From: Mobula birostris
Lineage: Eukaryota
Direction of reading: 5' to 3'
NCBI RefSeq assembly: GCF_030028105.1
Contig: NC_092374.1
Location: forward strand, 90,672,491-90,736,490
Length of the DNA stretch: 64,000 nt
This document shows positions 1-15,000 of this stretch, one piece after another. The position numbers and the translations under genes were made by a program. The notes under the pieces were generated by a model, which was not told where the DNA came from, ran no database searches, and saw only the letters and a list, made by a program, of their open reading frames with translations. The number at the start of each line of letters is the position of its first letter. Within the stretch, counting starts at the first letter, position 1.

Positions 1-3000
1 AGTCCATCTAACAGACCTACTCTCCGAGCCCCCAGTCCGTCTACTAGACCGTCTCTCCAACCGCCCAGACGGTCTATCTGACCGTCTCTCCAATGCCGAG
101 TCCATCCACCAGACCATCTCTGCAACGCCCAGTCCGTCTACAAGACCGTCTCTCCAACGCCCTGTCCGTCTATCTGACCGTTTCTCCAACGCCCAGTCCG
201 TCTACCAGACCGTCTCTCCAACGCCCAGTCCGTCTACCAGACAGTCTCTCCAACCGCCCAGTTTGTCTATCTGACCGTCTCTCCAATGCCGAGTCCGTCT
301 ACCAGACCATCTCTCCAACGCCCTGTCCGTCTACCTGACCGTTTCTCCAACGCGCAGTCCGTCTATCATACCGTCTCTCCAACGCGCAGTCCATCTACCA
401 GACCGTCTCTCCAACGCCTAGTGCGTCTACCAGACCGTCTCTCCAATGCCGAGTCCGTCTACCAGACCGTCTCTGCAACGCCCAGTCCGTCTACCAGACT
501 GTCTCTCCAACACCCAGTCTCTCTGACGGTCTCTCCAAAGACCCATCTATCTGACTGTCTCTCCAACGCCCAGTCCGTCTACCAAACTGTCTCTCCAATG
601 CCCAGTCTATCTGACGGTCACTCCAAAGACGCGTCTATCTGACTGTCTTTCCAACCGGCAGTCCATCTACCAGACTGTTTCTCCAAACCTCAGTCCATCT
701 ACCAGATCGTCTCTCCAACACCCAGTCCATCCACCAGACCGCCTCTCCAACGCCCAGTCCGTCTACCAGATGGTCTCTCCAACGCCCAGTCCGTCTACCA
801 GATGGTCTCTCCAACGCCCAGTCCGTCTACCAGACGGTCTCTCCAACCCCCCCAGTCCGTCTATCTGACCGTCCCTCCAATGCCCAGTCTATCTGAACGT
901 CTCTCCAACGCCCAGTCTATCTGACCGTCTCTCCAACGCCAAGTCTATCTGACCGTCTCTCCAACGCCAAGTCTATCTGGCCATCTCTCCAACCCCCCAA
1001 TCCGTCTTCCAGACTGTCTCTCCAACGCCCAGTCCGTCCATCTGACCGTCTCTCCGACCTCCAGTCCATCAACCATACCATCTCTCCAACCGCCAGTCCA
1101 TCTAACAGACCTACTCTCCGAGCCCCCAGTCCATCTACTAGACCGTCTCTGCAACCGCCCAGACGGTCTATCTGACCGTCTCTCCAATGCCGAGTCCATC
1201 TACCAGACCATCTCTGCAACGCCCAGTCCGTCTACAAGACCGTCTCTCCAACGCCCTGTCCGTCTATCTGACCGTTTCTCCAACGCCCAGTCCGTCTACC
1301 AGACCGTCTCTCCAACGGCCAGTCCGTCTACCAGACAGTCTCTCCAACGCCCAGTCTATCTGACGGTCTCTCCAAAGACCCATCTATCTGGCTGTCTTTC
1401 CAACCCGCAGTCCGTCTACCAGACTGTTTCTCCAAACCTCAGTCCGTCTACCAGACCGTCTCTCCAACGCCAATTCCGTCTACCTGACCGTCTTTACAAC
1501 GCGCAGTCCGTCTGCCTGACCGTCCCTCCAACGCCCAGTCTATCTGAATGACTCTCCAAACCCCAGTCTATCTGGCCATCTATCCAACCCCGCAATCATT
1601 CTTCCAGACCGTCTCTCCGACCCCCAGTCCGTCTACCAGACCGTCTCTCCAACCACCCAGTCTGTCTATCTGACCATCTCTCCAATGCCGAGTCCGTCTA
1701 CCAGACCGTCTCTGCAACGCCCAGTCTGTCTACCATACCGTCTCTGCAACGCCCAGTCCGTCTACCAGACTGTCTCTCCAACGCCCAGTCCGTCTAACAG
1801 ACCGCCTCTCCAACGCCCAGTCCGTCTACCAGACTGTCTCTCCAACGCCCAGTCTGTCTACCAGACTGTCTCTCCAACGCCCAGTCTATCTACCAGACTG
1901 TCTCTCCAACGCCAATTCTGTCTACCTGACCGTCTCTCCAACGCGCAGTCCGTCTGCCTGACCATCTCTCCAATACCCAGTCTATCTGACTGTCTCTCCA
2001 ACCACCCAGTCTGTATATATGACCATGACTCCAACGCCGAGTCCATCTACCAGACCGTCTCTCCAACGCCAAGTCTGTCCACCTGACTGTCTCTCCAACG
2101 TGCAGTCCGTCTACCAGACCGTCTCTCCAACGCCCAGTCCGTCTACCAGACCGTCTCTGCAACGCCCAGTCCGTCTCTCCAACGCCCTGTCCGTCTACCT
2201 GACCATTTCTCCAACACGCAGTCCGTCTACCAGACTGTCTCTCCAACGCCCAGTCTATCTGACGGTCTCTCTAAAGACCCGTCTATCTGACTGTCTTTCC
2301 AACCCACAGTCCGTCTACCAGACTGTCTCTCCAAACCTCAGTCCGTCTAACAGATCGTCTCTCCAAAGCCCAGTCCGTCTACCAGACCGTCTCTCCAACG
2401 CCCAGTCCGTCTAACAGACTGTCTCTCCGAGCCCCCAGTCCATCTACCAGACCGTCTCTCCGGCCCCCAGTCCGTCTACCAGACTGTCTCTCCAACACCC
2501 AGTCCGTCTACCAGACCGTCTCTCCAACGCCAATTCCGTCTACCTGACCAACTTTACAACGTGCAGTCCGTCTGCCTGATCGTCCCTCCAACGCCCAGTC
2601 TATCTGAATGACTCTCCAACTCCAGTCTATCTGGCCAGCTCTCCAACCCCCCAATCATTCTTCCAGACTGTCTCTCCGACCACCAGTCCGTCTACCAGAC
2701 CGTCTCTCCAACCGTCCAGTCTGTCTATCTGACCATCTCTCCAATGCCGAGTCCGTCTACCAGATCGTCTCTGCAACGCCCAGTCCGTCTACCAGACCGT
2801 CTCTCCAACGCCCAGTCCGTCTACCAGACCGTCTCTCCAACGCCCAGTCCGTCTACAAGACTGTCTCTCCAACGCCCAGTCCGTCTACCAGACTGTCTCT
2901 CCAATGCCCAGTCTATCTGACAGTCTTTCCAACCGGCAGTCCATCTACCAGACTGTTTCACCAAACCTCAGTCTGTCTACCAGATCGTCTCTCCAACACC

Positions 3001-6000
3001 CAGTCCGTCCACCAGACCGCCTCTCCAACGCCCAGTCCGTCTACCAGATGGTCTCTCCAATGCCCAGTCCGTCCACCAGACCACCTCTCCAATGCCCAGT
3101 CCGTCTACCAGATGGTCTCTCCAACGCCCAGTCCGTCTACCAGACGATTTCTCCAACCGCCCCAGTCCGTCTATCTGACCGTCCCTCCAATGCCCAGTCT
3201 ATCTGAACGTCTCTCCAACGCCCAGTCCATTCACCCGACCGTCTCTCTGACTCCCCAGTTCATCTACCAGTCCGTCTCTTCGACCCCCCAGCCTGTCTAT
3301 CTGACCGTCCCTCCAACGCCCAGTCTATCTGACCAACTCTCCAACCCCCAGTCTATCTGGCCATCTCTCCAACCCCAAGTCTATCTGGCCATCTCTCCAA
3401 CCCCACTATCCGTCTTCCAGACTGACTCTCCAACGCCCAGTCCGTCCATCTGACCGTCTCTCCGACCCCCAGTCCATCAACCATACCGTCTCTCCAACCC
3501 GCCAGTCCATCTAACAGACCTACTCTCCGAGCCCCCAGTCCGTCTACTAGACCGTCTCTCCAACCGCCCAGTCTGTCTATCTGACCGTCTCTCCAATGCT
3601 GAGTCCGTCTACCAGACCGTCTCTGCAACGCCCAGTCCGTCTACCAGACCGTCTCTCCAACGCCCTGTCCGTCTACTGACCGTTTCTCCAACGCCCAGTC
3701 TGCCTACCAGACTGTCTCTCCAAAGCCCAGTCCGTCTACCTGACCGTCCCTCCATCACCCAGTCTATCTTACCGTCTCTCCATTGCGCCGTCTATTTGAC
3801 TGTCTCTACAACCCTCAGTCCGTCTACCAGACCGCCTCTCCAACGCCCAGTCCGTCTAACAGACGGTCTCTCCGATCCCCCAGTCCATCTACCAGACCGT
3901 CTCTCCGGCCCCCAGTCCGTCTACCAGACCGTCTCTCCAACGCCCAGTCCGTCTACCTGACGGTCTCACCAACGCGCAGACCGTCTACCAGACCATCTCT
4001 CCAACCGCCCAGTTTGTCTATCTGACCGTCTCTCCAATGCCGAGTCCGTCTACCAGACCATCTCTCCAACACCCTGTCCGTCTACCATACCGTCTCTCCA
4101 ACGCGCAGTCCATCTACCAGACCGTCTCTCCAACGCTCAGTCCGACTACCAGACCGTCTCTCCAATGCCCAGTCCGTCTACCAGACCGTCTCTGCAACGC
4201 CCAGTCCGTCTACCAGACTGTCTCTCCACCACCCAGTCTATCTGACGGTCTCTCCAAAGACCCGTCTATCTGACTGTCTTCCCAACCAGCAGTCCGTCTA
4301 CCAGACTGTTTCTCCAAACCGCAGTCCGTCTACTAGACTGTCTCTCCAACGCCCAGTCCGTCTACCAGACCGTCTCTGCAACACCCAGTCCGTCTACCAG
4401 ACTGTCTCTCCAACGCCCTGTCCATCTACCTGACGGTTTCTCCAACGCGCAGTCCGTCTGCCAGACTGTCTCTCCAACGCCCAGTCTATCTGACGGTCTC
4501 TCTAAAGACCCGTCTATCTGACTTTCTTTCCAACCCGCAGTCCGTCTACCAGACTGTCTCTCCAGACCTCAGTCCGTCTAACAGATCGTCTCTCCAATGC
4601 CCAGTCTGTCTACCAGACAGTCTCTCCAAAGCCCAGTCCGTCTACCTGACCGTCCCTCCAACATCCAATCTATTTGACCGTCTCTCCATTGCGCCGTCTA
4701 TTTGACTGTCTCTCCAACCCTCCGTCCGTCTACCAGACCGTCTCTCCAACGCCCAGTCCGTCCAACAGACTGTCTCTCCGAGCCCCCAGTCCGTCTAACA
4801 GACTGTCTCTCCGAGCCCCCAGTCCATCTACCAGACCGTCTCTCCGGCCCCCAGTCCGTCTACCAGACCGTCTCTCCAACGCCCAGTCCGTCTACCTGAC
4901 GGTCTCACCAACGCGCAGACCGTCTACCAGACCATCTCTCCAACCGCCCAGTCTGTCTATCTGACCGTCTCACCAATGCCGAGTCCGTCTAACAGACCGC
5001 CTCTCCAACGCTGAGCCGGTCTACCAGAACGTCTCTGCAATGCCCGGTCCGTCTACCAGACCGTCTCTCCAACGCTCAGTCTATCTAACCATTTCTCCAA
5101 CACCCAGTCTATCTGGCCATCTCTGCAACGCCCAGTCTGTCTACCAGACTGTCTCTCCAACACCCAGTCCGTCTACCAGACTGTCTCTCTAAACCTCAGT
5201 CCGTCTAACAGATCGTCTCTCCAACGCCCAGTCTGTCTACCAGACAGTCTCTCCAAAGCCCAGTCCGTCTACCTGACCGTCCCTTCAACATCCAGTCTAT
5301 TTGACGTCTCTCCATTGCGCCGTCTATTTGACTGTCTCTCCAACCCTCAGTCCATAAACCAGACCATCTCTCCAACGCCCAGTCCGTCTAACAGACTGTC
5401 TCTCCGAGTCCCCAGTCCATCTACCAGACCGTCTCTCCGGCCCCCAGTCCGTCTACCAGACCGTCTCTCCAACGTCCAGTCCGTATACCTGACGGTCTCA
5501 CCAACGCGCAGACCGTCTACCAGACCATCTCTCCAACTGCCCAGTTTGTCTATCTGACCGTCTCACCAATGCCAAGTCCGTCTAACAGACCGCCTCTCCA
5601 ACGCTGAGCCGGTCTACCAGAACGTCTCTGCAATGCCCGGTCCGTCTACCAGACCGTCTCTCCAACGCTCAGTCTATCTAACCATCTCTCCAACACCCAG
5701 TCTATCTGGCCATCTCTGCAACACCCAGTCTGTCCACCAGACTGTCTCTCCAACACCCAGTCCGTCTACCAGACCGTCTCTCCAACGCCAATTCCGTCTA
5801 CCTGACCATCTTTACAACGCGCAGTCTGTCTGCCTGACCGTCCCTCCAACGCCCAGTCTATCTGAATGACTCTCCAACTCCAGTCTATCTGGCCATCTCT
5901 CCAACCCCCCAATCATTCTTCCAGACTGTCTCTCCGACCCCCAGTCCGTCTACCAGACCGTCTCTCCAACCGCCCAGTCTGTCTATCTGACCATCTCTCC

Positions 6001-9000
6001 AATGCCGAGTCCGTCTACCAGACCGTCTCTGCAATGCCCAGTCCGTCTACCAGACCGTCTCTCCAACGCCCAGTCCGTCTACCAGACCGTCTCTCCAACG
6101 CCCAGTCCGTCTACCAGACTGTCTCTCCAATGCCCAGTCTATCTGACGGTGTCTCCAAAGACGCGTCTATCTGACTGACTTTCCAACCGGCAGTCCATCT
6201 ACCAGACTGTTTCTCCAAACCTCAGTACGTCTACCAGACCGCCTCTCCAACGCCCAGTCCGTCTACCAGATGGTCTCTGCAACGCCCAGTCCGTCTACCA
6301 GACGGTCTCTCCAACCCCCCCAGTCCATCTATCTGACCGTCCCTCCAATGCCCAGTCTATCTGAACGTCTCTCCAACGCCCAGTCTATCTGACCGTCTCT
6401 CCAACGCCCAGTCTATCTGGCCATCTCTCCAACCCCCCAATCCGTCTTCCAGACTGTCTCTCCAACGTCCAGTCCGTCCATCTGACCGTCTCTCCGACCT
6501 CCAGTCCATCAACCATACCGTCTCTCCAACCCGCCAGTCCATCTAACAGACCTACTCTCCGAGCCCCCAGTCCGTCTACTAGACCGTCTCTCCAACCGCC
6601 TAGACGGTCTATCTGACCGTCTCTCCAATGCCGAGTCCATCTACCAGACCATCTCTGCAACGCCCAGTCCGTCTACAAGACCGTCTCTCCAACGCCCTGT
6701 CCGTCTATCTGACCGTTTCTCCAACGCCCAGTCCGTCTACCAGACCGTCTCTCCAACGCCCAGTCCGTCTACCAGACAGTCTCTCCAACCGCCCAGTTTG
6801 TCTATCTGACCGTCTCTCCAATGCCGAGTCCGTCTACCAGACCATCTCTCCAACGCCCTGTCCGTCTACCTGACCGTTTCTCCAACGCGCAGTCCGTCTA
6901 CCATACCGTCTCTCCAACGCGCAGTCCATCTACCAGACCGTCTCTCCAACGCCTAGTCCGTCTACCAGACCGTCTCTCCAATGCCGAGTCCGTCTACCAG
7001 ACCGTCTCTGCAACGCCCAGTCCGTCTACCAGACTGTCTCTCCAACACCCAGTCTCTCTGACGGTCTCTCCAAAGACCCATCTATCTGACTGTCTCTCCA
7101 ACGCCCAGTCCGTCTACCAAACTGTCTCTCCAATGCCCAGTCTATCTGACGGTCACTCCAAAGACGCGTCTATCTGACTGTCTTTCCAACCGGCAGTCCA
7201 TCTACCAGACTGTTTCTCCAAACCTCAGTCCATCTACCAGATCGTCTCTCCAACACCCAGTCCATCCACCAGACCGCCTCTCCAACGCCCAGTCCGTCTA
7301 CCAGATGGTCTCTCCAACGCCCAGTCCGTCTACCAGATGGTCTCTCCAACGCCCAGTCCGTCTACCAGACGGTCTCTCCAACCCCCCCAGTCCGTCTATC
7401 TGACCGTCCCTCCAATGCCCAGTCTATCTGAACGTCTCTCCAACGCCCAGTCTATCTGACCGTCTCTCCAACGCCAAGTCTATCTGACCGTCTCTCCAAC
7501 GCCAAGTCTATCTGGCCATCTCTCCAACCCCCCAATCCGTCTTCCAGACTGTCTCTCCAACGCCCAGTCCGTCCATCTGACCGTCTCTCCGACCTCCAGT
7601 CCATCAACCATACCATCTCTCCAACCGCCAGTCCATCTAACAGACCTACTCTCCGAGCCCCCAGTCCATCTACTAGACCGTCTCTGCAACCGCCCAGACG
7701 GTCTATCTGACCGTCTCTCCAATGCCGAGTCCATCTACCAGACCATCTCTGCAACGCCCAGTCCGTCTACAAGACCGTCTCTCCAACGCCCTGTCCGTCT
7801 ATCTGACCGTTTCTCCAACGCCCAGTCCGTCTACCAGACCGTCTCTCCAACGGCCAGTCCGTCTACCAGACAGTCTCTCCAACGCCCAGTCTATCTGACG
7901 GTCTCTCCAAAGACCCATCTATCTGGCTGTCTTTCCAACCCGCAGTCCGTCTACCAGACTGTTTCTCCAAACCTCAGTCCGTCTACCAGACCGTCTCTCC
8001 AACGCCAATTCCGTCTACCTGACCGTCTTTACAACGCGCAGTCCGTCTGCCTGACCGTCCCTCCAACGCCCAGTCTATCTGAATGACTCTCCAAACCCCA
8101 GTCTATCTGGCCATCTATCCAACCCCGCAATCATTCTTCCAGACCGTCTCTCCGACCCCCAGTCCGTCTACCAGACCGTCTCTCCAACCACCCAGTCTGT
8201 CTATCTGACCATCTCTCCAATGCCGAGTCCGTCTACCAGACCGTCTCTGCAACGCCCAGTCTGTCTACCATACCGTCTCTGCAACGCCCAGTCCGTCTAC
8301 CAGACTGTCTCTCCAACGCCCAGTCCGTCTAACAGACCGCCTCTCCAATGCCCAGTCCGTCTACCAGACTGTCTCTCCAACGCCCAGTCCGTCTAACAGA
8401 CTGTCTCTCCAACGCCCAGTCTGTCTACCAGACTGTCTCTCCAACGCCCAGTCTGTCTACCAGACTGTCTCTCCAACGCCCAGTCTATCTACCAGACTGT
8501 CTCTCCAACGCCAATTCTGTCTACCTGACCGTCTCTCCAATGCGCAGTCCGTCTGCCTGACCATCTCTCCAATACCCAGTCTATCTGACTGTCTCTCCAA
8601 CCACCCAGTCTGTATATATGACCATGACTCCAACGCCGAGTCCATCTACCAGACCGTCTCTCCAACGCCAAATCTGTCCACCTGACTGTCTCTCCAACGT
8701 GCAGTCCGTCTACCAGACCGTCTCTCCAACGCCCAGTCCGTCTACCAGACCGTCTCTGCAACGCCCAGTCCGTCTCTCCAACGCCCTGTCCGTCTACCTG
8801 ACCATTTCTCCAACACGCAGTCCGTCTACCAGACTGTCTCTCCAATGCCCAGTCTATCTGAATGACTCTCCAACTCCAGTCTATCTGGCCAGCTCTCCAA
8901 CCCCCCAATCATTCTTCCAGACTGTCTCTCCGACCCCCAGTCCGTCTACCAGACCGTCTCTCCAACCGTCCAGTCTGTCTATCTGACCATCTCTCCAATG

Positions 9001-12000
9001 CCGAGTCCGTCTACCAGATCGTCTCTGCAACGCCCAGTCCGTCTACCAGACCGTCTCTCCAACGCCCAGTCCGTCTACCAGACCGTCTCTCCAACGCCCA
9101 GTCCGTCTACAAGACTGTCTCTCCAATGCCCAGTCCGTCTACCAGACTGTCTCTCCAACGCCCAGTCCGTCTACCAGACTGTCTCTCCAATGCCCAGTCT
9201 ATCTGACAGTCTTTCCAACCGGCAGTCCATCTACCAGAATGTTTCTCCAAACCTCAGTCCGTCTACCAGATCGTCTCTCCAACACCCAGTCCGTCCACCA
9301 GACCGCCTCTCCAAAGCCCAGTCCGTCTATCAGATGGTCTCTCCAACGCCCAGTCAGTCTACCAGACGATTTCTCCAAGCGCCCCAGTCCGTCTATCTGA
9401 CCGTCCCTCCAATGCCCAGTCTATCTGAACGTCTCTCCAACGCCCAGTCCATTCACCCGACCATCTCTCTGACTCCCCAGTTCATCTACCAGTCCGTCTC
9501 TTCGACCCCCCAGCCTATCTATCTGACCGTCCCTCCAACGCCCAGTCTATCTGACCAACTCTCCAACCCCCAGTCTATCTGGCCATCTCTCCAACCCCAA
9601 GTCTATCTGGCCATCTCTCCAACCCCCCTATCCGTCTTCCAGACTGTCTCTCCAACGCCCAGTCCGTCCATCTGACCGTCTCTCCGACCTCCAGTCCATC
9701 AACCATACCGTTTCTCCAACCCGCCAGTCCATCTAACAGACCTACTCTCCGAGCTCCCACTCCGTCTACTAGACCGTCTCTCCAACCGCCCAGTCTGTCT
9801 ATCTGACCGTCTCTCCAATGCTGAGTCCGTCTACCAGACCGTCTCTGCAACGCCCAGTCCATCTACCAGACCGTCTCTCCAACGCCCTGTCTGTCTATCT
9901 GACCGTTTCTCCAACGCGCAGTCGGTCTACCAGACTGTCTCTCCAATGCCCAGTCTAACAGATCGTCTCTCCAATGCCCAGTTTGCCTACCAGACCGTCT
10001 CTTCAAAGCCCAGTCCGTCTACCTGACCGTCCCTCCATCACCCAGTCTATCTGACCGTCTCTCCATTGCGCCGTCTATTTGACTGTCTCTCCAACCCTCA
10101 GTCCGTCTACCAGACCGTCTCTCCAACGCCCAGTCCATCTAACAGACTGTCTCTCGGATCCCCCAGTCCATCTACCAGACCGTCTCTCCGGCCCCCAGTC
10201 CGTCTACCAGACCGTCTCTCCAACGCCCAGTCCGTCTACCTGACAGTCTCACCAACGCGCAGACCGTCTACCAGACCATCTCTCCAACTGCCCAGTTTGA
10301 CTATCTGACCGTCTCTCCAATGCCGAGTCCGTCTACCAGACCATCTCTCCAACGCCCTGTCCGTCTACCTGACCGTTTCTCCAACGTGCAGTCCGTCTAA
10401 CATACCGTCTCTGCAACGCGCAGTCGATCTACCAGACCGTCTCTCCAACGCCCAGTCCGTCTACCAGACCGTCTCTCCAATGCCGAGTCCGTCTACCAGA
10501 CCGTCTCTCCAATGCCGAGTCCGTCTACCAGACCGTCTCTGCAACGCCCAGTCCGTCTACCAGACTGTCTCTCCAACGCCCTGTCCGTCTACCAGACTGT
10601 CTCTCCAACGCCCAGTCTATCTGACGGTCTCTCTAAAGACCCGTCTATCTGACTTTCTTTCCAACCCACAGTCCGTCTACCAGACTGTCTCTCCAAACCT
10701 CAGTCCCTCTAACAGATCGTCTCTCCAATGCCCAGTCTGTCTACCAGACAGTCTCTCCAAAGCCCAGTCCGTCTACCTGACCGTCCCTCCAACATCCAGT
10801 CTATTTGACCGTCTCTCCATTGCGCCGTCTATTTGACTGTCTCTCCAACCCTCAGTCCGTCTACCAGACCGTCTCTCCAATGCCCAGTCCATCTACCAGA
10901 CCGTCTCTCCAATGCCGAGTCTGTCTACCAGACCGTCTCTCCAATGCCGAGTCCATCTACCAGACCGTCTCTGCAACGCCCAGTCCGTCGACCAGACTGT
11001 CTCTCCAACGCCCAGTCTATCTGACGGTCTCTCTAATGACCCGTCTATCTGACTTTCTTTCCAACCCACAGTCCGTCTACCAGACTGTCTCTCCAAACCT
11101 CAGTCCGTCTAATAGATCATCTCTACAATGCCCAGTCTGTCTACCAGACAGTCTCTCCAAAGCCCAGTCCGTCTACCTGACCGTCCCTCCAACATCCAGT
11201 CTATTTGACCGTCTCTCCATTGCGCCGTCTATTTGACTGTCTCTCCAACCCTCAGTCCGTCTACCAGACCGTCTCTCCAACGCCCAGTCCGTCTAACAGA
11301 CTGTCTCTCTGAGCCCCCAGTCCGTCTACCAGACCGTCTCTCCAACGCCCAGTCCGTCTACCTGACGGTCTCACCAACGCGCAGACCATCTACCAGACCA
11401 TCTCTCCAACCGCCCAGTTTGTCTATCTCACCGTCTCACCAATGCCGAGTCCGTCTAACAGACCGCCTCTCCAACGCTGAGCCGGTCTACCAGAACGTCT
11501 CTGCAATGCCCGGTCCGTCTACCAGACCGTCTCTCCAACGCCAATTCCGTCTACCTGACCATCTTTACAACACGCAGTCCGTCTGCCTGACCGTCCCTCC
11601 AACGCCCAGTCTATCTGAATGACTCTCCAACTCCAGTCTATCTGGCCATCTCTCCAACCCCCCAGTCATTCTTCCAGACTGTCTCTCCGACCCCCAGTCC
11701 ATCTACCAGACCGTCTCTCCAACCGCCCAGTCTGTCTATCTGACCATCTCTCCAATGCTGAGTCCGTCTACCAGACCGTCTCTGCAATGCCCAGTCCGTC
11801 TACCAGACCGTCTCTCCAACGCCCAGTCCGTCTACCAGACCGTCTTTCCAACACCCAGTCCGTCTACCAGACCGTCTCTCCAATGCCCAGTCTATCTGAC
11901 GGTCTCTCCAAAGACGCGTCTATCTGACTGTCTTTCCAACCCGCAGTCCATCTACCAGACTGTTTCTCCAAACCTCAGTCCATCTACCAGATCGTCTCTC

Positions 12001-15000
12001 CAACACCCAGTCCGTCCACCACACCGCCTCTCCAACGCCCAGTCCGTCTACCAGACGGTCTCTCCAACGCCCAGTCCGTCTACCAGATGGTCTCTCCAAC
12101 GCCCAGTCCGTCTACCAGACGGTCTCTCCAAACCACCCAGTCCGTCTATCTGACCGTCCCTCCAATGCCCAGTCTATCTGAACGTCTCTCCAACGACCAG
12201 TCTATCTGACCGTCTCTCCAACGCCCAGTCTATCTGGCCATCTCTCCAACCCCCCAATCCGTCTTCCAGACTGTCTCTCCAACGCCCAGTCCGTCTACCA
12301 GACCGTCTCTCCAACGCCCAGTCCATCTACCAGACTGTCTCTCCAACGCCCAGTCTATCTGACGGTCTCTCCAAAGACCCGCCTATCTGGCTGTCTTTCC
12401 AACCCGCAGTCCATCTACCAGACTGTTTCTCCAAACCTCAGTCCGTCTACCAGACCGTCTCTCCAACGCCAATTCCGTCTACCTGACCGTATTTACAACG
12501 CGCAGTCCGTCTGCCTGACCGTCCCTGCAACGCCCAGTCTATCTGAATGACTCTCCAACCCCCAGTCTATCTGGCCATCTCTCCAATCCCGCAATCATTC
12601 TTCCAGACCGTCTCTCCAACCCCCAGTCCGTCTACCAGACCGTCTCTCCAACCACCCAGTCTGTCTATCTGACCATCTCTCCAATGCCGAGTCTGTCTAC
12701 CAGACCGTCTCTGCAACGCCCAGACCGTCTACCAGACCGTCTCTCCAACGCCCAGTCCGTCTACCAGACCGTCTCTCGAACGCCCAGTCCGTCTACCAGA
12801 CCGTCTCTCCAACGCCCAGTCCGTCTACCAGACCGTCTCTCCAACGCCCAGTCCGTCTACCAGACCGTCTCTCCAACGCCCAGTCCGTCTACCAGACCGT
12901 CTCTCCAACGCCCAGTCTGTCTACTAGACTGTCTCTCCAACGCCCAGTCTGTCTACCAGACTGTCTCTCCAACGCCCAGTCTGTCTACCAGACCGTCTCT
13001 CCAACGCGCAGTCCGTCTACCAGACTGCCTCTCCAACGCCCAGTCTATCTGACGGTCTCTCTAAAGACCTGTCCATCTGACTGTCTTTCGAAGCCGCAGT
13101 CCGTCTACCAGACTGTCTCTCCAAACCTCAGTCCGTCTAATGAATCGTCTCTCCAACGCCCAGTCCGTCTACCTGACCGTCCCTCCAACACCCAGTCTAT
13201 CTGACCATCTCTCCATTGCGCCGTCTATTTGACTGTCTCTCCAACCCCCAGTCTGTCTACCAGACTGTCTCTCCAACGCCAATTCTGTCTACCTGACCGT
13301 CTCTCCGACCCCCAGTCCGTCAACCAGACCGTCTCTCCAACCCGCCAATCCGTCTAACAGACCTACTCTCCAAGCCCCCAGTCCGTCTACTAGACTGTCT
13401 CTCCAACCGCCCAGTCTGTCTATCTGACCGTCTCTCCAATGCCGAGTCGTCTACCAGACCGTCTCTGCAACGCCCAGTCCGTCTACCAGACCGTCTCTCC
13501 AACGCCCTGTCCGTCTACCTGACCGTTTCTCCAACGCGCAGTCCGTCTACCAGACTGTCTCTCCAATGCCCAGTCTGTCTAACAGATCGTCTCTCCAATG
13601 CCCAGTCTGCCTACCAGACCGTCTCTCCAAAGCCCAGTCCGTCTACCTGACCGTCCCTCCATCACCCAGTCTATCTGACCGTCTCTCCATTGCGCCGTAT
13701 ATTTGACTGTCTCTCCAACCCTCAGTCCATCTACCAGACCGTCTCTCCAACGCCCAGTCCGTCTAACAGACTGTCTCTCCGATCCCCCAGTCCATCTACC
13801 AGACCGTCTCTCCGGCCCCCAGTCCGTTTACCAGACCGTCTCTCCAACGCCCAGTCCGTCTACCTGACGGTCTCACCAACGCGCAGACCGTCTACCAGAC
13901 CATCTCTCCAACCGCGCAGTTTGTCTATCTGACCGTCTCTCCAATGCCGAGTCCGTCTACCAGACGATCTCTCCAACGCCCTGTCCGTCTACCTGACCGT
14001 TTCTCCAACGCGCAGTCCGTCTACCATACCGTCTCTCCAACGCGCAGTCCGTCTACCAGATCGTCTCTCCAACGCCCAGTCCGTCTACCAGACCGTCTCT
14101 GCAACGCCCAGTCCGTCTCTCCAACGCCCTGTCCGTCTACCTGACCGTTTCTCCAACGCGCAGTCCGTCTACCAGACTGTCTCTCCAACGCCCAGTCTAT
14201 CTGACGGTTTCTCTAAAGGCCCGTCTATCTGACTGTCTTTCCAACCCACAGTCCGTCTACCAGACTGTCTCTCCAAACCTCAGTCCGTCTAACAGATCGT
14301 CTCTCCAAAGCCCAGTCCGTCTACCTGACCGTCCCTCCAACACCCAGTCTATCTGACCGTCTCTCCATTGCGCCGTCTATTTGACTGTCTCTCCAACCCT
14401 CAGTCCGTCTACCAGACCGTCTCTCCTGCCCCCAGTCCGTCTACCAGACCGTCTCTCCAACCGCCCAGTTTGTCTATCTGACCGTCTCACCAATGCCGAG
14501 TCCATCTAACAGACCATCTCTCCAACGCTGAGCCGGTCTACCAGAACGTCTCTGCAATGCCCGGTCCGTCTACCAGACCGTCTCTCCAACGCTCAGTCTA
14601 TCTAACCATCTCTCCAACACCCAGTCCATCTGGCCATCTCTGCAATGCCCAGTCTGTCTACCAGACTGTCTCTCCAACACCCAGTCCGTCTACCAGACCG
14701 TCTCTCCAACGCCAATTCCGTCTACCTGACCATCTTTACAACGTGCAGTCCGTCTGCCTGATCGTCCCTACAACGCCCAGTCTATCTGAATGACACTCCA
14801 ACTCCAGTCTATCTTGCCATCTCTCCAACCCCCCAGTCATTCTTCCAGACTGTCTCTCCGATCCCCAGTCCGTCTACCAGACTGTCTCGCCAACCATCCA
14901 GTCTGTCTATCTGACCATCTCTCCAATGCCGAGTCCGTCTACCAGATTGTCTCTGCAACGCCCAGTCCGTCTACCAGACTGTCTCTCCAATGCCCAGTCT

